Shown: positions 17,678-27,855 of the stretch, in pieces
How positions within the stretch are numbered: the stretch's first letter is position 1
Layout: every line of letters starts with the position of its first letter
Source: an uncultured Oscillospiraceae bacterium
Lineage (GTDB): Bacteria; Bacillota; Clostridia; Oscillospirales; Ruminococcaceae
Reading direction: 5' to 3'
NCBI GenBank assembly: GCA_963519235.1
Contig: CAUQLV010000002.1
Span: 64,660 to 128,659 of the forward strand
Length of the DNA stretch: 64,000 nucleotides
Notes under the pieces: model-generated
The model's input: the letters and a program-made list of their open reading frames with translations, nothing else
Told to the model about the DNA's origin: nothing
The model's database searches: none
Translations under genes and position numbers: made by a program

Positions 17678-18787
17678 ATGCCTTGTGACGCACTCTATAT
17701 TCATGTCCCGTTCTGTGAGCGAAAATGCCCGTATTGTGATTTTTATTCGGTCGCCGCGGATGACGCGGCAATGGATGCTTATACCGGCGCAGTGGTTCGC
17801 GCGCTGAACAGCGTCCCTTTTGAAATTGAGCGGCTGGATACGGTTTATTTCGGCGGCGGCACGCCGTCACTGCTTGGCGGCAAAAGGCTGGCGGCATTGC
17901 TGGAAGCTGCGGAGAAGCGGTTCGGCATTCATCAGAACGCGGAGATTACAGCGGAATGCAATCCGCATTCCACACTCAAAGACACCCTGAAGCAGATGAA
18001 ATCCGCCGGCTTCAACCGGATTTCTCTGGGAATGCAGAGCGCGGTTGACGCGCAGCTGTGTACCCTCGGACGCCTCCACACCGTCAGCGATGTTGTATCG
18101 GCTGTTCACTCGGCCAAGGACTGCGGAATCGAGCACATTTCTCTGGATTTGATGCTGGCAACCCCGGGCCAGACTCCGGCAGATATTGACGAAGCGGTCC
18201 GGCTGTTTGACCGGCTGGATGTGGAGCACGTTTCGGCCTATCTGCTCAAAATCGAGGAGAATACGCCGTTCGCAAGACGGAACATCGCGGAAAGCTGCCC
18301 GGATGAAGACGGGCAGGTGCTGCTTTACCGCTATGCGGTAACCGCGCTGGGGCAGGCAGGCTACCGCCAATACGAAATCAGCAATTTTGCGCGCGGCGGG
18401 CATGTCGCGCGGCACAACCTAAAGTACTGGAACTGCGCGGAATATCTCGGTATCGGCCCTTCCGCGCATTCCTTCATCGCGGGGCGCCGCCGCTTTTTTC
18501 CGCGCGACCTGACGGGATTTTTATCGGCGGAGAATCCGTGGGCATTGCTTTGCGATGACGGGGCGGGCGGGGACGCCGAAGAATATCTGATGCTTCGCCT
18601 TCGCCTGAGTGAAGGCATTCGATGGGCGGATATTACCTCTCGATACCCCGACTTCAGAATCAGCGAGCTGCGCAAAAAGGCGGAGCCAATGCGTAAAGCA
18701 GGACTTCTGGAATTGGATGAAGCTGGTTTGCGGCTGACGGTGGACGGCTTTTTGCTTTCCAACTCTGTGATCTCGGAATTGATCTGA
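17678..18787 (+). CDS. hemW: Radical SAM heme chaperone HemW (oxygen-independent coproporphyrinogen oxidase-like)
   Basis: LYIHVPFCERKCPYCDF radical SAM motif. Start at the ATG at 17678 (RBS AAAGGAG), not the track start at 17603. Confidence 0.85.
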   Translation: MPCDALYIHVPFCERKCPYCDFYSVAADDAAMDAYTGAVVRALNSVPFEIERLDTVYFGGGTPSLLGGKRLAALLEAAEKRFGIHQNAEITAECNPHSTLKDTLKQMKSAGFNRISLGMQSAVDAQLCTLGRLHTVSDVVSAVHSAKDCGIEHISLDLMLATPGQTPADIDEAVRLFDRLDVEHVSAYLLKIEENTPFARRNIAESCPDEDGQVLLYRYAVTALGQAGYRQYEISNFARGGHVARHNLKYWNCAEYLGIGPSAHSFIAGRRRFFPRDLTGFLSAENPWALLCDDGAGGDAEEYLMLRLRLSEGIRWADITSRYPDFRISELRKKAEPMRKAGLLELDEAGLRLTVDGFLLSNSVISELI

Positions 18788-18817
18788 TGCTCTGTCCGGC
18801 TGAAAGGAGAATGACTG

Positions 18818-20059
18818 ATGGGCGACCGCACAATCCTGCACTGTGACTGCAACGGGTTTTATGCCTCTGTGGAATGCATTCTTCGTCCGGAACTGAAGAA
18901 CGTTCCGATGGCGGTCTGCGGAGACCCGGAAAGCCGCCACGGCATTATATTGGCCAAAAATGAACTGGCAAAGCGCTGCCAGGTGCAGACAGCCGAAACG
19001 ATCTGGCAGGCCAAGCGCAAATGCCCCGAGCTTACGCTGGTGCAGCCTCACCATGAACAATATTTGAAGTATTCCCGGATTGTGAATCAGATTTATCAGC
19101 AATATACTGATTTAGCGGAGCCGTTCGGCATCGATGAATCGTGGCTGGACATTACCGGGAGCGAAAAGCTGTTTGGGGACGGCAGAACCATCGCGGATAC
19201 GCTGCGCAGGCGTGTTCGCGAGGAAGTCGGCCTGACCATTTCAGTGGGCGTCAGCTTTAACAAAGTGTTTGCCAAGCTGGGTAGCGACTATAAAAAACCC
19301 GATGCCACGACGGTGATTGATCGGGAAAATTTTCGCGAGCTTGTCTGGAAGCTGCCGGTATCGGATCTGCTGTTTGTTGGAAAATCGGTTGCCGCGGAGC
19401 TTCGGAAAATGGCGATCACCACAATCGGCGAGCTTGCCGCCGCTGATCGGGAAAGACTAATCCGGCGGCTGGGCAAAATTGGCGCAACTCTCCATGACTA
19501 TGCAAACGGGCTGGATAACAGCCCGGTACGTTCCGTTTATGAGGAACGGGAAGTCAAATCGGTGGGCAATGGCATGACCTTTAAGCGCAATCTTGTGGGG
19601 TTGGAGGACATCCGTCTTGGGGTCCTTTCCCTGACAGATCAGGTCGGCGCGCGGCTGCGCAGACGCGGGGCGCGGTGCCTTACGGTGCAGGTCATCATAC
19701 GCGACCCCAACTTCAAGACCATTTCGCGCCAGAGGACATTGGAGTCGCCAACCTGCCTCGCAAAAGAACTCGCGGAAATTTCGCTTGGTATCATTCAGCA
19801 TGAGTGGGATTTGCGCAAGCCTATCCGGATGCTCACCATTACAGCGAATAACCTGGTAACCGCGGGCGAAACCGGAGAACAGATGACTCTGTTCAGCGGG
19901 GAAGACAAACAGCAAGAAAAGGAGAAGCAGGAAAAACTGGAAACGGCTTTGGACGCTATCCGGGGAAAATACGGCCGGGATTCCATCGGCACGGCGGGAA
20001 TTCTGGGAAACGACATCGGCATCGAATTCTTGCCCAGGGAGCGGGAAGAGCACTCATAA
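18818..20059 (+). CDS. dinB: DNA polymerase IV (Y-family)
   Basis: ILHCDCNGFYASVE, FGIDESWLD, SVGVSFNKVFAKLGSDYKKP. Confidence 0.9.
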   Translation: MGDRTILHCDCNGFYASVECILRPELKNVPMAVCGDPESRHGIILAKNELAKRCQVQTAETIWQAKRKCPELTLVQPHHEQYLKYSRIVNQIYQQYTDLAEPFGIDESWLDITGSEKLFGDGRTIADTLRRRVREEVGLTISVGVSFNKVFAKLGSDYKKPDATTVIDRENFRELVWKLPVSDLLFVGKSVAAELRKMAITTIGELAAADRERLIRRLGKIGATLHDYANGLDNSPVRSVYEEREVKSVGNGMTFKRNLVGLEDIRLGVLSLTDQVGARLRRRGARCLTVQVIIRDPNFKTISRQRTLESPTCLAKELAEISLGIIQHEWDLRKPIRMLTITANNLVTAGETGEQMTLFSGEDKQQEKEKQEKLETALDAIRGKYGRDSIGTAGILGNDIGIEFLPREREEHS

Positions 20060-20083
20060 TTTAAACTCTCATAACACCTGAAA

Positions 20084-20116
20084 GCGGCGCATCAAAAAAA
20101 GATGCGCCGCTTTTTT
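20084..20116 (+). terminator. Intrinsic terminator after dinB
   Basis: GCGGCGCATCaaaaaaaGATGCGCCGCtttttt. Confidence 0.8.
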
Positions 20117-20474
20117 ATATGAAAGATTCTGTAATGCAGAATCAATTTGTTGGTCTGTCATGCCAGCGAACCGGTATTCCGACCATCCGCAGGCAGACAG
20201 TATGATAAGTATGAGGAGGAGAGTAGACTCTGATTTGTTTTATCCCTGTTTTTTGAGTACGTGTCAAGTATAGCGGGTGATTATGTCGTGCGTTTGAAAA
20301 AAGTATAACGGATTATCGGTGAAATTTTAACGAAATTGTTTCTAAAATGCAATTGCGGGATTTTTAAATCCTAAAAAAGGAAAACGATTCATAAAACAAA
20401 AGATTTTACACAGTTTTTACATACAGCCTCTGCCGGTTTTACAAAGACCTTTTATAATTCAAGCGTACCAATGA

Positions 20475-20570
20475 GTAAGAATTGTATACGGAGATATGGA
20501 ATGCCACGGGGGCAGCTTGCGGCTGGATTCCACAGATAGCGTTGGCACGACAGTCACAGTCTGCCTGTAG
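20475..20570 (+). pseudogene. Possible remnant of a histidine-kinase 3' end (HATPase_c C-terminus)
   Basis: The in-frame hand translation VRIVYGDMECHGGSLRLDSTDSVGTTVTVCL-stop resembles the ...IV..HGG.I.V.S..G.GT.F.F.L end of sensor kinases. A stop codon lies immediately upstream and there is no RBS. Confidence 0.35.
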
Positions 20571-20609
20571 CAGTAAAAACGTGCATCGAGGCCAGAGTTC
20601 AGCTTATAG

Positions 20610-20639
20610 AAAAAAGCCCGGCGAAAGCCGGGCTTTTTT
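20610..20639. terminator. Bidirectional intrinsic terminator
   Basis: aaaaaaGCCCGGCgaaaGCCGGGCtttttt, downstream of the minus-strand gene 20679..21392. Confidence 0.8.
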
Positions 20640-20678
20640 ATTCTATGAAAGACGCAGGTTCGGGGAAATCACTATTTT

Positions 20679-21392
20679 TTATACTTGTATATTCAAAGTG
20701 CCATTCGCAAGAACATCGGCCACTGCGGCAGACGCCGGGGCAGATATTTCCGGGATGGCTGCTATTTGCGTATATTGCACATTTTGTGAACTGCTTGCGG
20801 CGGCTTCATACGCTTCTGCTTTTGTGTGGACGACATCGCCGATATCCAGAATTTCACCGTTTTCCCGATTTTTCCGCACACTCCGCCGCCTTTTGAGCGC
20901 TTGTGCAAGTTCTCTCTCCTGCCGCTCATTTTTTGCGGCTGCGGCCTGACTGCGCTGCTTTTCCATTGCAGACTCTTTTTGCAGACAGTAGACCTTCACC
21001 TGACCGCGGCCAATCACTCTTTTCATTTTGAAAACCGCGCGGGAAATTTGCAGCCTGCCGGCTTTGGAATTTTTCACTTTTTTCATTTTGGACTGTATCC
21101 CGCCGACGATTAGCTTTACCTGGGTAATGGAGTTCGCCTGCGCAATTCGGGCTAAGTCTCTGCCAGCTGAGTAATAGACGGTTTCTTGTTTCGCAGTGCG
21201 CGCGGAACTTTTGACAAATATGTCTGTGTCCATTTTTGACTGCTCCAAAGAATTTTTGCCGGCAGAATCTCCTCCTTTTTTGCTGTCCTTGCTATTTTCG
21301 ACTTTTTCTTCTGCATTTGAAGCCGCCCCGGCGTTATAATTCTGTGCAAGCGGATAGAACCTGTTGCTGCTCGAAATTTCTAAAGACGACAT
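20679..21392 (-). CDS. Hypothetical protein, low complexity and charged (Lys/Ala/Ser/Glu-rich)
   Basis: 237-aa ORF with a strong RBS (AAAGGAGGT) 7 nt upstream. I recognise no family. Confidence 0.6.
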   Translation of the reverse strand: MSSLEISSSNRFYPLAQNYNAGAASNAEEKVENSKDSKKGGDSAGKNSLEQSKMDTDIFVKSSARTAKQETVYYSAGRDLARIAQANSITQVKLIVGGIQSKMKKVKNSKAGRLQISRAVFKMKRVIGRGQVKVYCLQKESAMEKQRSQAAAAKNERQERELAQALKRRRSVRKNRENGEILDIGDVVHTKAEAYEAAASSSQNVQYTQIAAIPEISAPASAAVADVLANGTLNIQV

Positions 21393-21675
21393 TCAAATAC
21401 CTCCTTTTAAGTACGAAAATCACTTCTACCCTTTATATCGGCTATTTTCATGAAATGACAAGGTTTGACATTTATTTAAAAGCGATTTCTCTACATTTTA
21501 GCGTTTTAAAATCCCAGAGAGTTTTTTGTTCAAACTGCTTGTGTATAGGCCGATAGTATGATAAAATATATTAAATTTTTTCTTCTGTTTGTTTTCTTTT
21601 GTTTGCAAATAGAAGCATTAAAAGGCGAATCATGTTTTGAGGGATTGGCAAATAGACTTTTGAGGAGGAGTTAGA

Positions 21676-23082
21676 TTGTTAAAGCAAATTAACAGCTGGA
21701 TTACTTACGTCGACGGAATTGTTTGGGGGCTTCCGCTGATCTTGTTAGTAATGGCAGTTGGTATCCTGTTAACCTTGCGTACAGGTGTGCTTCAGGTGCG
21801 GCATCTTCCGAAAGCACTCCGGTTCATGGTGAAAAATGAAGAAGGCGGAACCGGCGAAGTTACGAGCTTTGGGGCCTTATGCACCGCTCTTTCCGCGACC
21901 ATTGGAACGGGCAACATTGTCGGCGTCGCTACGGCGATTGTTTCCGGCGGCCCGGGCGCCTTGTTCTGGATGTGGATGGCGGCATTTTTTGGAATGGCGA
22001 CAAAATATGCCGAAGGGCTTTTGGCAATTAAATTCCGTAAGATTGAACCGAACGGTCATGTTTTAGGCGGACCTTTCTATTATATTGAAAACGGGATGGG
22101 GAAAAAGTGGAAATGGCTTGCAAAGTTGTTTGCATTTTTGGGCGCCGCTGCCGGCCTTTTCGGCATCGGCACATTTGTACAGGTGAATGGCATTACCTCC
22201 TCAATTCATGACTTCTTTGACGCCAACAATGCTAACACAGTCATGTTGTTCGGACGCGCCTATTCCTGGGCTGTCATTATCGGAGGACTAATTGTCACCC
22301 TGTGTGCCGGTCTGGTTATTATCGGCGGCATCAAAAGGATTGCCAGCGTTTCTCAGGTGGTCGTACCGTTTATGGCAGCTATCTATGTTTTAGTTTGCCT
22401 GATCATTCTAATTGGAAACGCTTCAAAAATACCCGCTGCGATTGTAGAAATTTTTGAATCCGCATTCGGCCTTAAAGCAGTTGCCGGCGGTGCGCTTGGT
22501 GCAATGCTTGTAGCAATGCAAAAAGGTGTGGCCAGAGGAATTTTCTCCAATGAGTCGGGGCTTGGAAGCGCTCCGATTGCCGCTGCCGCCGCGCAGACAA
22601 AAGAACCTGTTCGGCAGGGGCTTGTTTCCATGACCGGTACTTTTATTGACACCATCATCATTTGCACAATGACCGGCTTAAGCATTGTTCTGACCGGCAC
22701 CTGGAACGTCGGGCTGGAGGGAGTTTCAGTCACTACGGCTGCTTTCCAGAAGGGACTTCCGTTTAGCGCCGGTGTATCGTCCTTTATTCTGATGATATGC
22801 CTTGTGTTTTTCGCGTTTACAACCATTATCGGCTGGGACTACTATGGTGAACGCTGCCTCGAATACTTTGTAAATGGGAATCAATCTGCAATTTTGACCT
22901 ATCGCTGGTTATATATCTTTGCTGTGTTTATCGGCCCCTACATGACGGTTGAAGCGGTTTGGAATATTTCCGACATTTTTAACGGAATGATGGCGTTCCC
23001 AAACCTGATCGCATTAATCGCCTTGAGCGGCGTTGTGGTTCGGGAAACGAAAGCTTATTTTGAGCAAAATTCAAAAGTCTGA
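21676..23082 (+). CDS. agcS: Sodium:alanine (amino acid) symporter family protein
   Basis: AGCS signatures (SFGALCTALSATIGTGNIVGVA, SNESGLGSAPIAAAAAQT). TTG start with a GAGGAGG RBS. Confidence 0.85.
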   Translation: MLKQINSWITYVDGIVWGLPLILLVMAVGILLTLRTGVLQVRHLPKALRFMVKNEEGGTGEVTSFGALCTALSATIGTGNIVGVATAIVSGGPGALFWMWMAAFFGMATKYAEGLLAIKFRKIEPNGHVLGGPFYYIENGMGKKWKWLAKLFAFLGAAAGLFGIGTFVQVNGITSSIHDFFDANNANTVMLFGRAYSWAVIIGGLIVTLCAGLVIIGGIKRIASVSQVVVPFMAAIYVLVCLIILIGNASKIPAAIVEIFESAFGLKAVAGGALGAMLVAMQKGVARGIFSNESGLGSAPIAAAAAQTKEPVRQGLVSMTGTFIDTIIICTMTGLSIVLTGTWNVGLEGVSVTTAAFQKGLPFSAGVSSFILMICLVFFAFTTIIGWDYYGERCLEYFVNGNQSAILTYRWLYIFAVFIGPYMTVEAVWNISDIFNGMMAFPNLIALIALSGVVVRETKAYFEQNSKV

Positions 23083-23094
23083 CAGACGCCGAAT

Positions 23095-23130
23095 GAAAAG
23101 ACGTGAAAGCAGCCGTTTTCACGTCTTTTC
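23095..23130 (+). terminator. Intrinsic terminator after agcS
   Basis: GAAAAGACGTGAAAgcagccgTTTTCACGTCTTTTC. Confidence 0.7.
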
Positions 23131-23220
23131 TCATGTAATGCGGTTTAATCGATGACAGGAAATTTGTTCGGCATAAAGTATGCTAAAATCCAAATCAAAT
23201 AAATACTATTATAAAGAAAG

Positions 23221-24297
23221 ATGAGAGGGATTTATGAAAGTCTGGTGGTGATAGGCTTGTTTTCCAAATTCTCGAAAGCAGGGTTTTGGTTTGCTGCAGT
23301 ATGTTTGGCGGTTTCTATTTTATATCAATCCATATCCATTTTTCACCATGTACAGGTGACGAATGCAATGGCAAATAATACGTTATCGTGGATCGACTTT
23401 AAAGTCTCCAGATCCGCGATGGATCGGGCGCTCCAGTTGGATATGGAAAGCCACAATACAGAAAATCCGCTCAACTGGATTGATCTGCTCGCTTATCTGG
23501 GCGCGAAATACGGCGGAAATTTTAAACAGTACAGGGCTAAGGATCTAAATGATCTCGTCAATCAATGCAAAGACGGTGTTACAGTCGCGCAGCTTGCACA
23601 AAACATAAAACATTTTGACTATTATAAAAATGCATATGAAGCCGTTCTGGGAGGGATGGTTGGAGAATATCTCATACAGCTTACAGACGCGACCGGCGGG
23701 AAAGCCGTGCAGCTTGAGACCGGATATGGTCTGAAATCCTATGCTCCGGTTGCCGAAGGGTTCGGCTTTTCCCATTATTTTGATTTTGGTAAATCCCGTT
23801 CTTTCGGGTTCAGCAGGCCACACCAGGGACACGATATTTTTGGGCGGATTGGAACGCCGGTTGTTGCCGTGGAGTCGGGAATTGTTGAAACGCTTGGATG
23901 GAATCAGTATGGCGGGTGGCGAATTGGAATCCGGAGCCTCGACGGACGCAGATACTATTACTATGCGCATTTGCGAAAAGATCGGCCCTATCAAAAAGAC
24001 ATGCAGGAGGGCATGCTTGTGCAGGCGGGGGACGTGATCGGCTATCTTGGCATGACAGGCTATTCCAACGCGGAAAATGTGAACGGGATGAAAAGTCCCC
24101 ACCTTCATTTCGGGATGGAGATTATTCCGGAAGGCTGTGAACGGGAAAGCAACTGCGAAATCTGGATTGATACTTATGAAATCATCAAGTTTTTGGAACA
24201 GCATAAATCCACGGTGGTACTTGATAAGGAAACAAAAGAATATAACCGCAAGTATCGGTTTTTAGACGTGGGGATGCTGGGTCTATCAGCCGGCTAG
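23221..24297 (+). CDS. M23 family metallopeptidase with an N-terminal membrane anchor
   Basis: HQGHDIF...GGWRIGI...YYYAHL...HLHFG (LytM-type zinc ligands). Confidence 0.8.
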   Translation: MRGIYESLVVIGLFSKFSKAGFWFAAVCLAVSILYQSISIFHHVQVTNAMANNTLSWIDFKVSRSAMDRALQLDMESHNTENPLNWIDLLAYLGAKYGGNFKQYRAKDLNDLVNQCKDGVTVAQLAQNIKHFDYYKNAYEAVLGGMVGEYLIQLTDATGGKAVQLETGYGLKSYAPVAEGFGFSHYFDFGKSRSFGFSRPHQGHDIFGRIGTPVVAVESGIVETLGWNQYGGWRIGIRSLDGRRYYYYAHLRKDRPYQKDMQEGMLVQAGDVIGYLGMTGYSNAENVNGMKSPHLHFGMEIIPEGCERESNCEIWIDTYEIIKFLEQHKSTVVLDKETKEYNRKYRFLDVGMLGLSAG

Positions 24298-24502
24298 CAC
24301 TGGCGAGAATCGCTTTTTTCATCTTGCGGATTTGCAATATTTCCGCCTGGAGCTATCGCACCGGCGGACGGGTTATGGTATAATAACTGTAAACAGTTAT
24401 TATACCTTTTTTCTTCACTTTGCAGGTGGGAAATGGTTTGATGGACGAGTAATTTTTTTGGCATCCATGACAAAAATGATTGCCAGCAGGAGGAGTTTTA
24501 CA

Positions 24503-25420
24503 ATGGAAATCAAAAAAGCCGCGATCGTAGGTGTCGGTGCGTTGGGTGTTTTATTTGGCCGGCAGATTGCCGCCGCTCTTGGAAAAGACGCGGTTTGCTA
24601 TGTGGCGGATAAACAGCGGATTGAACGGTATCAACGGGATGGCGTTTACTGCAACGAGGAAAAGCTGGACCTTTCTTTCATCGACCGCGACGATGCGACC
24701 GTAAGCCCCGCAGACCTTCTGATCTTTGCGGTAAAATATACTGCTATACAGGACGCTGTGGAAGCGGCACGCCACTTGGTGGGGGAACGGACTGTCATCA
24801 TTTCTCTGCTGAACGGGATCACCAGCGAACAGGTCCTCGCCGACGCTTTCGGCGCGGAAAAAGTGCTGTACTGTGTGGCGCAGGGGATGGACGCGATCAA
24901 AGACGGCAGCCGGTTTTCCTATCAGAATATGGGGGAACTCGTCATCGGAGAGGCAGACAACAGTCATAGTGAAAAATTGTCCGCGGTCGCAAGCTTTTTT
25001 GACCGTGCGGGCATCCCATATAAAATTCCGGAAAACACCATGCAGACCCTGTGGAACAAGCTGATGCTGAACGTGGGGATAAACCAGACTGCGGCGGTGT
25101 ATGGCGTCGATTTCCGAGAGCTGCAGAAGGAGGGACCCTTCCGGCAGACCATGCTGTCCGCCATGCGGGAAACCAAGGCGGTCGCTGCATACGAAGGGAT
25201 TACGCTGACGGAAGAGGATATCAGCCGCTGGATGAAGGTTCTGGACTCCCTGAACCCGAATGGGCGTCCTTCGATGGCGCAGGATGTGCTGGCCCGCCGC
25301 CGGACGGAGGTGGAGCTGTTCGCCGGCACCATTACCGCCCTTGGGAAAAAACATGGCGTCCCCACCCCGACAAACGACCTGCTTTATACGAAGATTAAGG
25401 AAATAGAACGGCAGTTTTAA
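24503..25420 (+). CDS. panE: 2-dehydropantoate 2-reductase (ketopantoate reductase family)
   Basis: AIVGVGALGVLFG Rossmann motif; ApbA/PanE N- and C-terminal domains (SMAQDVLARRRTEVE). Start at the ATG at 24503 (RBS AGGAGG). Confidence 0.8.
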   Translation: MEIKKAAIVGVGALGVLFGRQIAAALGKDAVCYVADKQRIERYQRDGVYCNEEKLDLSFIDRDDATVSPADLLIFAVKYTAIQDAVEAARHLVGERTVIISLLNGITSEQVLADAFGAEKVLYCVAQGMDAIKDGSRFSYQNMGELVIGEADNSHSEKLSAVASFFDRAGIPYKIPENTMQTLWNKLMLNVGINQTAAVYGVDFRELQKEGPFRQTMLSAMRETKAVAAYEGITLTEEDISRWMKVLDSLNPNGRPSMAQDVLARRRTEVELFAGTITALGKKHGVPTPTNDLLYTKIKEIERQF

Positions 25421-25438
25421 ATAGCCTCTCTGCTCCTT

Positions 25439-25481
25439 AAACACAACCCCCGCCTTGGTCTCCAAGGCGAGGGTTGTGTTT
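25439..25481 (+). terminator. Intrinsic terminator after panE
   Basis: AAACACAACCCcCGCCTTGGtctcCAAGGCGaGGGTTGTGTTT. Confidence 0.7.
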
Positions 25482-25711
25482 ATACAGAACTGGAAGGTGA
25501 CTGCCATTGGCAATTTCAAACGTATGTCATGGATTCGTAAGAAATTTTTTTAATAATTAAAAATAATAACTAGTTTTATTTATAAATCTGACGAACTGAT
25601 TAATATAGGAGAACCTGAAACTTTTGCTCTATCAAAAAATGGTAGCAAAGCCGCGTCAGCGTGTAACACAAATCAGGGGAGACAACGAAATCGAGTTTGG
25701 AGAGGATGGGA

Positions 25712-27787
25712 ATGAGTATGAAGTTTTTTCAACTCAAAAAAGGAAAAGGCACTCAAAGTTTGAGCACAATGGTTTTGCAGTTTAATGCAATTACAGTCGC
25801 TGCCGCGGTTGCCGTTACATGCACATTTGCGCTGGTTTCTATGAACAGTTCCATTGGGGAACAATCTAAAAAACAGGCGGCTGCTTCGATTGGAATCGTG
25901 GAGGAAGACTTTTCTGACATGAAGCAGGATCTGCTTGATTCAGCACAAACAATAGCGAATAACCGCGAGGTTTCAGCAGCGGTTGCTGCGGGCGACCAAG
26001 GAAAAATCATGAGCAAATTGGGAGAACTTGCAAGCACTTTAAATTTGGAAATGGTGACGGTAACTGATGAAAAGGGAACTGCCATTGCGCGCACCCACGA
26101 AGCAGAAAAGGGAGACGATATTTCCGATCAGGAAAATGTGCGCCGAGCAATGGCGGGGGAAGCGACGGCGCAAGCTGAAGCTGGAACAGTGGTTCGACTT
26201 GCGATAATGGCAGGAGCGCCGGTTTATGATTCAAGCGGAAAAATCGCCGGCGTTGTTTCCGTTGGTTACCGGCTGGATAATCCGGCATTTGTTGACGAAC
26301 TGAAAGAAAAAATCGGGCCTGAGTTTACGATATTTGAGGGCGACGAAAGAATAAATTCCACCATTATAGAAAATGGCGAAAGAATTGTCGGAACCAAACT
26401 CGACCCGAAAATTGCGGAAATTGTAATTGGGCAAAAGCAGCAGTACATAGGAAACGCCACCTTGTTTGGGAAAAATTACACCGCGGTTTACAGTCCGATT
26501 CTTTCCCAAGACGGCACAGTTACCGGTATTTTGTTTTCGGGCAGCGACATGACGGAAACAGAAAAAAAATTAACGGAAGAAATAATCCTGATTATGATAA
26601 TTGCCGCCTTGACAATTCTGCTGAGTATGCCAATCGGCGCGATGATTCTTAAAAAGCGCCTGAAGGCTCCTCTTGGAAAAGTTGTAATCGCGGCAAAGGC
26701 AATTGAAGAGGGTGTAATTGATGAATCGCTGAGCCTCCAGCTGCAGTCGATTACCAGCAGAGATGAAATAGGCTCACTTGCACGCTCCATGGAAGGCGCC
26801 GTTCGCTCTGTTAACCAAATAGCACAGGACTCGCAGATTCTTGCGCGTGCAATTGCTGAAAACGACCTCACGGTCAAGATAGACACTGCTACTCATAGCG
26901 GAGTCTATCAAGAAATCATTACGGTGGTTGACAGCCTGTTCTCGCAGACCGGTTTGATTTTAGAGCAGATCAGACAGGTTGCGGACAGCATTGGCGTTGG
27001 TTCGGAGCATATATCCTCCGCCTCGCAGACCCTTGCGCAGGGCGCGACCGAGCAGGCCAGCTCCACGGAAGAACTGGCCGCAACCATTTCAGAAATCGCC
27101 CAGCAGGTGAAAGAGAACGCAATGAATGCCAACGGCGCCAATTCCCTGGCGCAGGAAACCGGGCAGGAAGTCACCATAAGCAGCCGTCATATGGATGACT
27201 TACTGTCTGCAATGGACGAAATCAGCCGGACATCCAGCGAAATCGGAAAAATCATCAAGACGATTGATGACATTGCATTCCAAACCAATATCCTCGCGCT
27301 TAATGCCGCCGTAGAGGCGGCAAGGGCAGGTTCCGCGGGGAAAGGATTCTCCGTCGTGGCGGATGAAGTCCGAAACCTTGCAATTAAGAGCGCGGATGCC
27401 GCCAAGAGCACGACCAGCCTGATTGAAACGTCTGTATTTGCCGTGGAAAAAGGCGGAAAAATCGCAAGAGAAACGGAACAGGCGCTTAGATTTGTCGTGG
27501 AAAAAACCGCGGAGGTAAGCCGAATCGTGGGCGAGATCAGTGAGGCCGCGCGTAAACAAAGCGACGGCATTTACCAGGTCAATGTTGGTGTTGAACAAAT
27601 TTCGGACGTGGTTCAAACGAACTCCGCGACAGCGGAGGAAACTGCCGCTTCCAGCGAGGAGCTTGCGGGACAAGCGCTGACGTTGCGAGAGATGGTTGGA
27701 AAATACCACCTGAGAACTGTTTCGGAGCAATCCAATAGCGGCCGCCATTCAGAACACTCTTTTTCTCATGCACAAAGCAAATATTGA
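25712..27787 (+). CDS. Methyl-accepting chemotaxis protein (Cache-type sensor, HAMP, MA domain)
   Basis: TM, periplasmic domain, TM, HAMP, then a conserved signalling hairpin ([40 protein letters not shown]). The start is uncertain (25697 TTG, or ATG at 25706, 25712 or 25718). Confidence 0.85.
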   Translation: MSMKFFQLKKGKGTQSLSTMVLQFNAITVAAAVAVTCTFALVSMNSSIGEQSKKQAAASIGIVEEDFSDMKQDLLDSAQTIANNREVSAAVAAGDQGKIMSKLGELASTLNLEMVTVTDEKGTAIARTHEAEKGDDISDQENVRRAMAGEATAQAEAGTVVRLAIMAGAPVYDSSGKIAGVVSVGYRLDNPAFVDELKEKIGPEFTIFEGDERINSTIIENGERIVGTKLDPKIAEIVIGQKQQYIGNATLFGKNYTAVYSPILSQDGTVTGILFSGSDMTETEKKLTEEIILIMIIAALTILLSMPIGAMILKKRLKAPLGKVVIAAKAIEEGVIDESLSLQLQSITSRDEIGSLARSMEGAVRSVNQIAQDSQILARAIAENDLTVKIDTATHSGVYQEIITVVDSLFSQTGLILEQIRQVADSIGVGSEHISSASQTLAQGATEQASSTEELAATISEIAQQVKENAMNANGANSLAQETGQEVTISSRHMDDLLSAMDEISRTSSEIGKIIKTIDDIAFQTNILALNAAVEAARAGSAGKGFSVVADEVRNLAIKSADAAKSTTSLIETSVFAVEKGGKIARETEQALRFVVEKTAEVSRIVGEISEAARKQSDGIYQVNVGVEQISDVVQTNSATAEETAASSEELAGQALTLREMVGKYHLRTVSEQSNSGRHSEHSFSHAQSKY

Positions 27788-27855
27788 AATAATGAAACGG
27801 GGTATCAGCTAATGCTGATATCCCGTATTCGATTCGTTAAAGAAATTTTTATGAT

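Noticed and set aside
20140-20175. Resemblance of ggtctgtcatgccagcg to the 3' half of a TPP riboswitch (ctggataatgccagcg).
   Set aside because: The CUGAGA / P1-P3 5' half is absent upstream, there is no downstream plus-strand gene, and the similarity is limited to about 8 nt.
20155-20567. Complementary segments that first looked like terminal inverted repeats or a long-range RNA helix (tgtcatgccagcg vs cgttggcacgaca; caggcagac vs gtctgcctg).
   Set aside because: The two pairings are not nested (their order is inconsistent with a single hairpin or TIR pair). One has mismatches, and a perfect 9-mer complement within about 500 nt is expected by chance.
21601-21660. An AAAGGCG sequence in the agcS leader, similar to the hexaloop motif of the nitrogen leaders.
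   Set aside because: The flanking stem is only 3 A-U pairs with an 8-nt loop, and no overlapping terminator follows. This is insufficient to call a fourth regulatory site.
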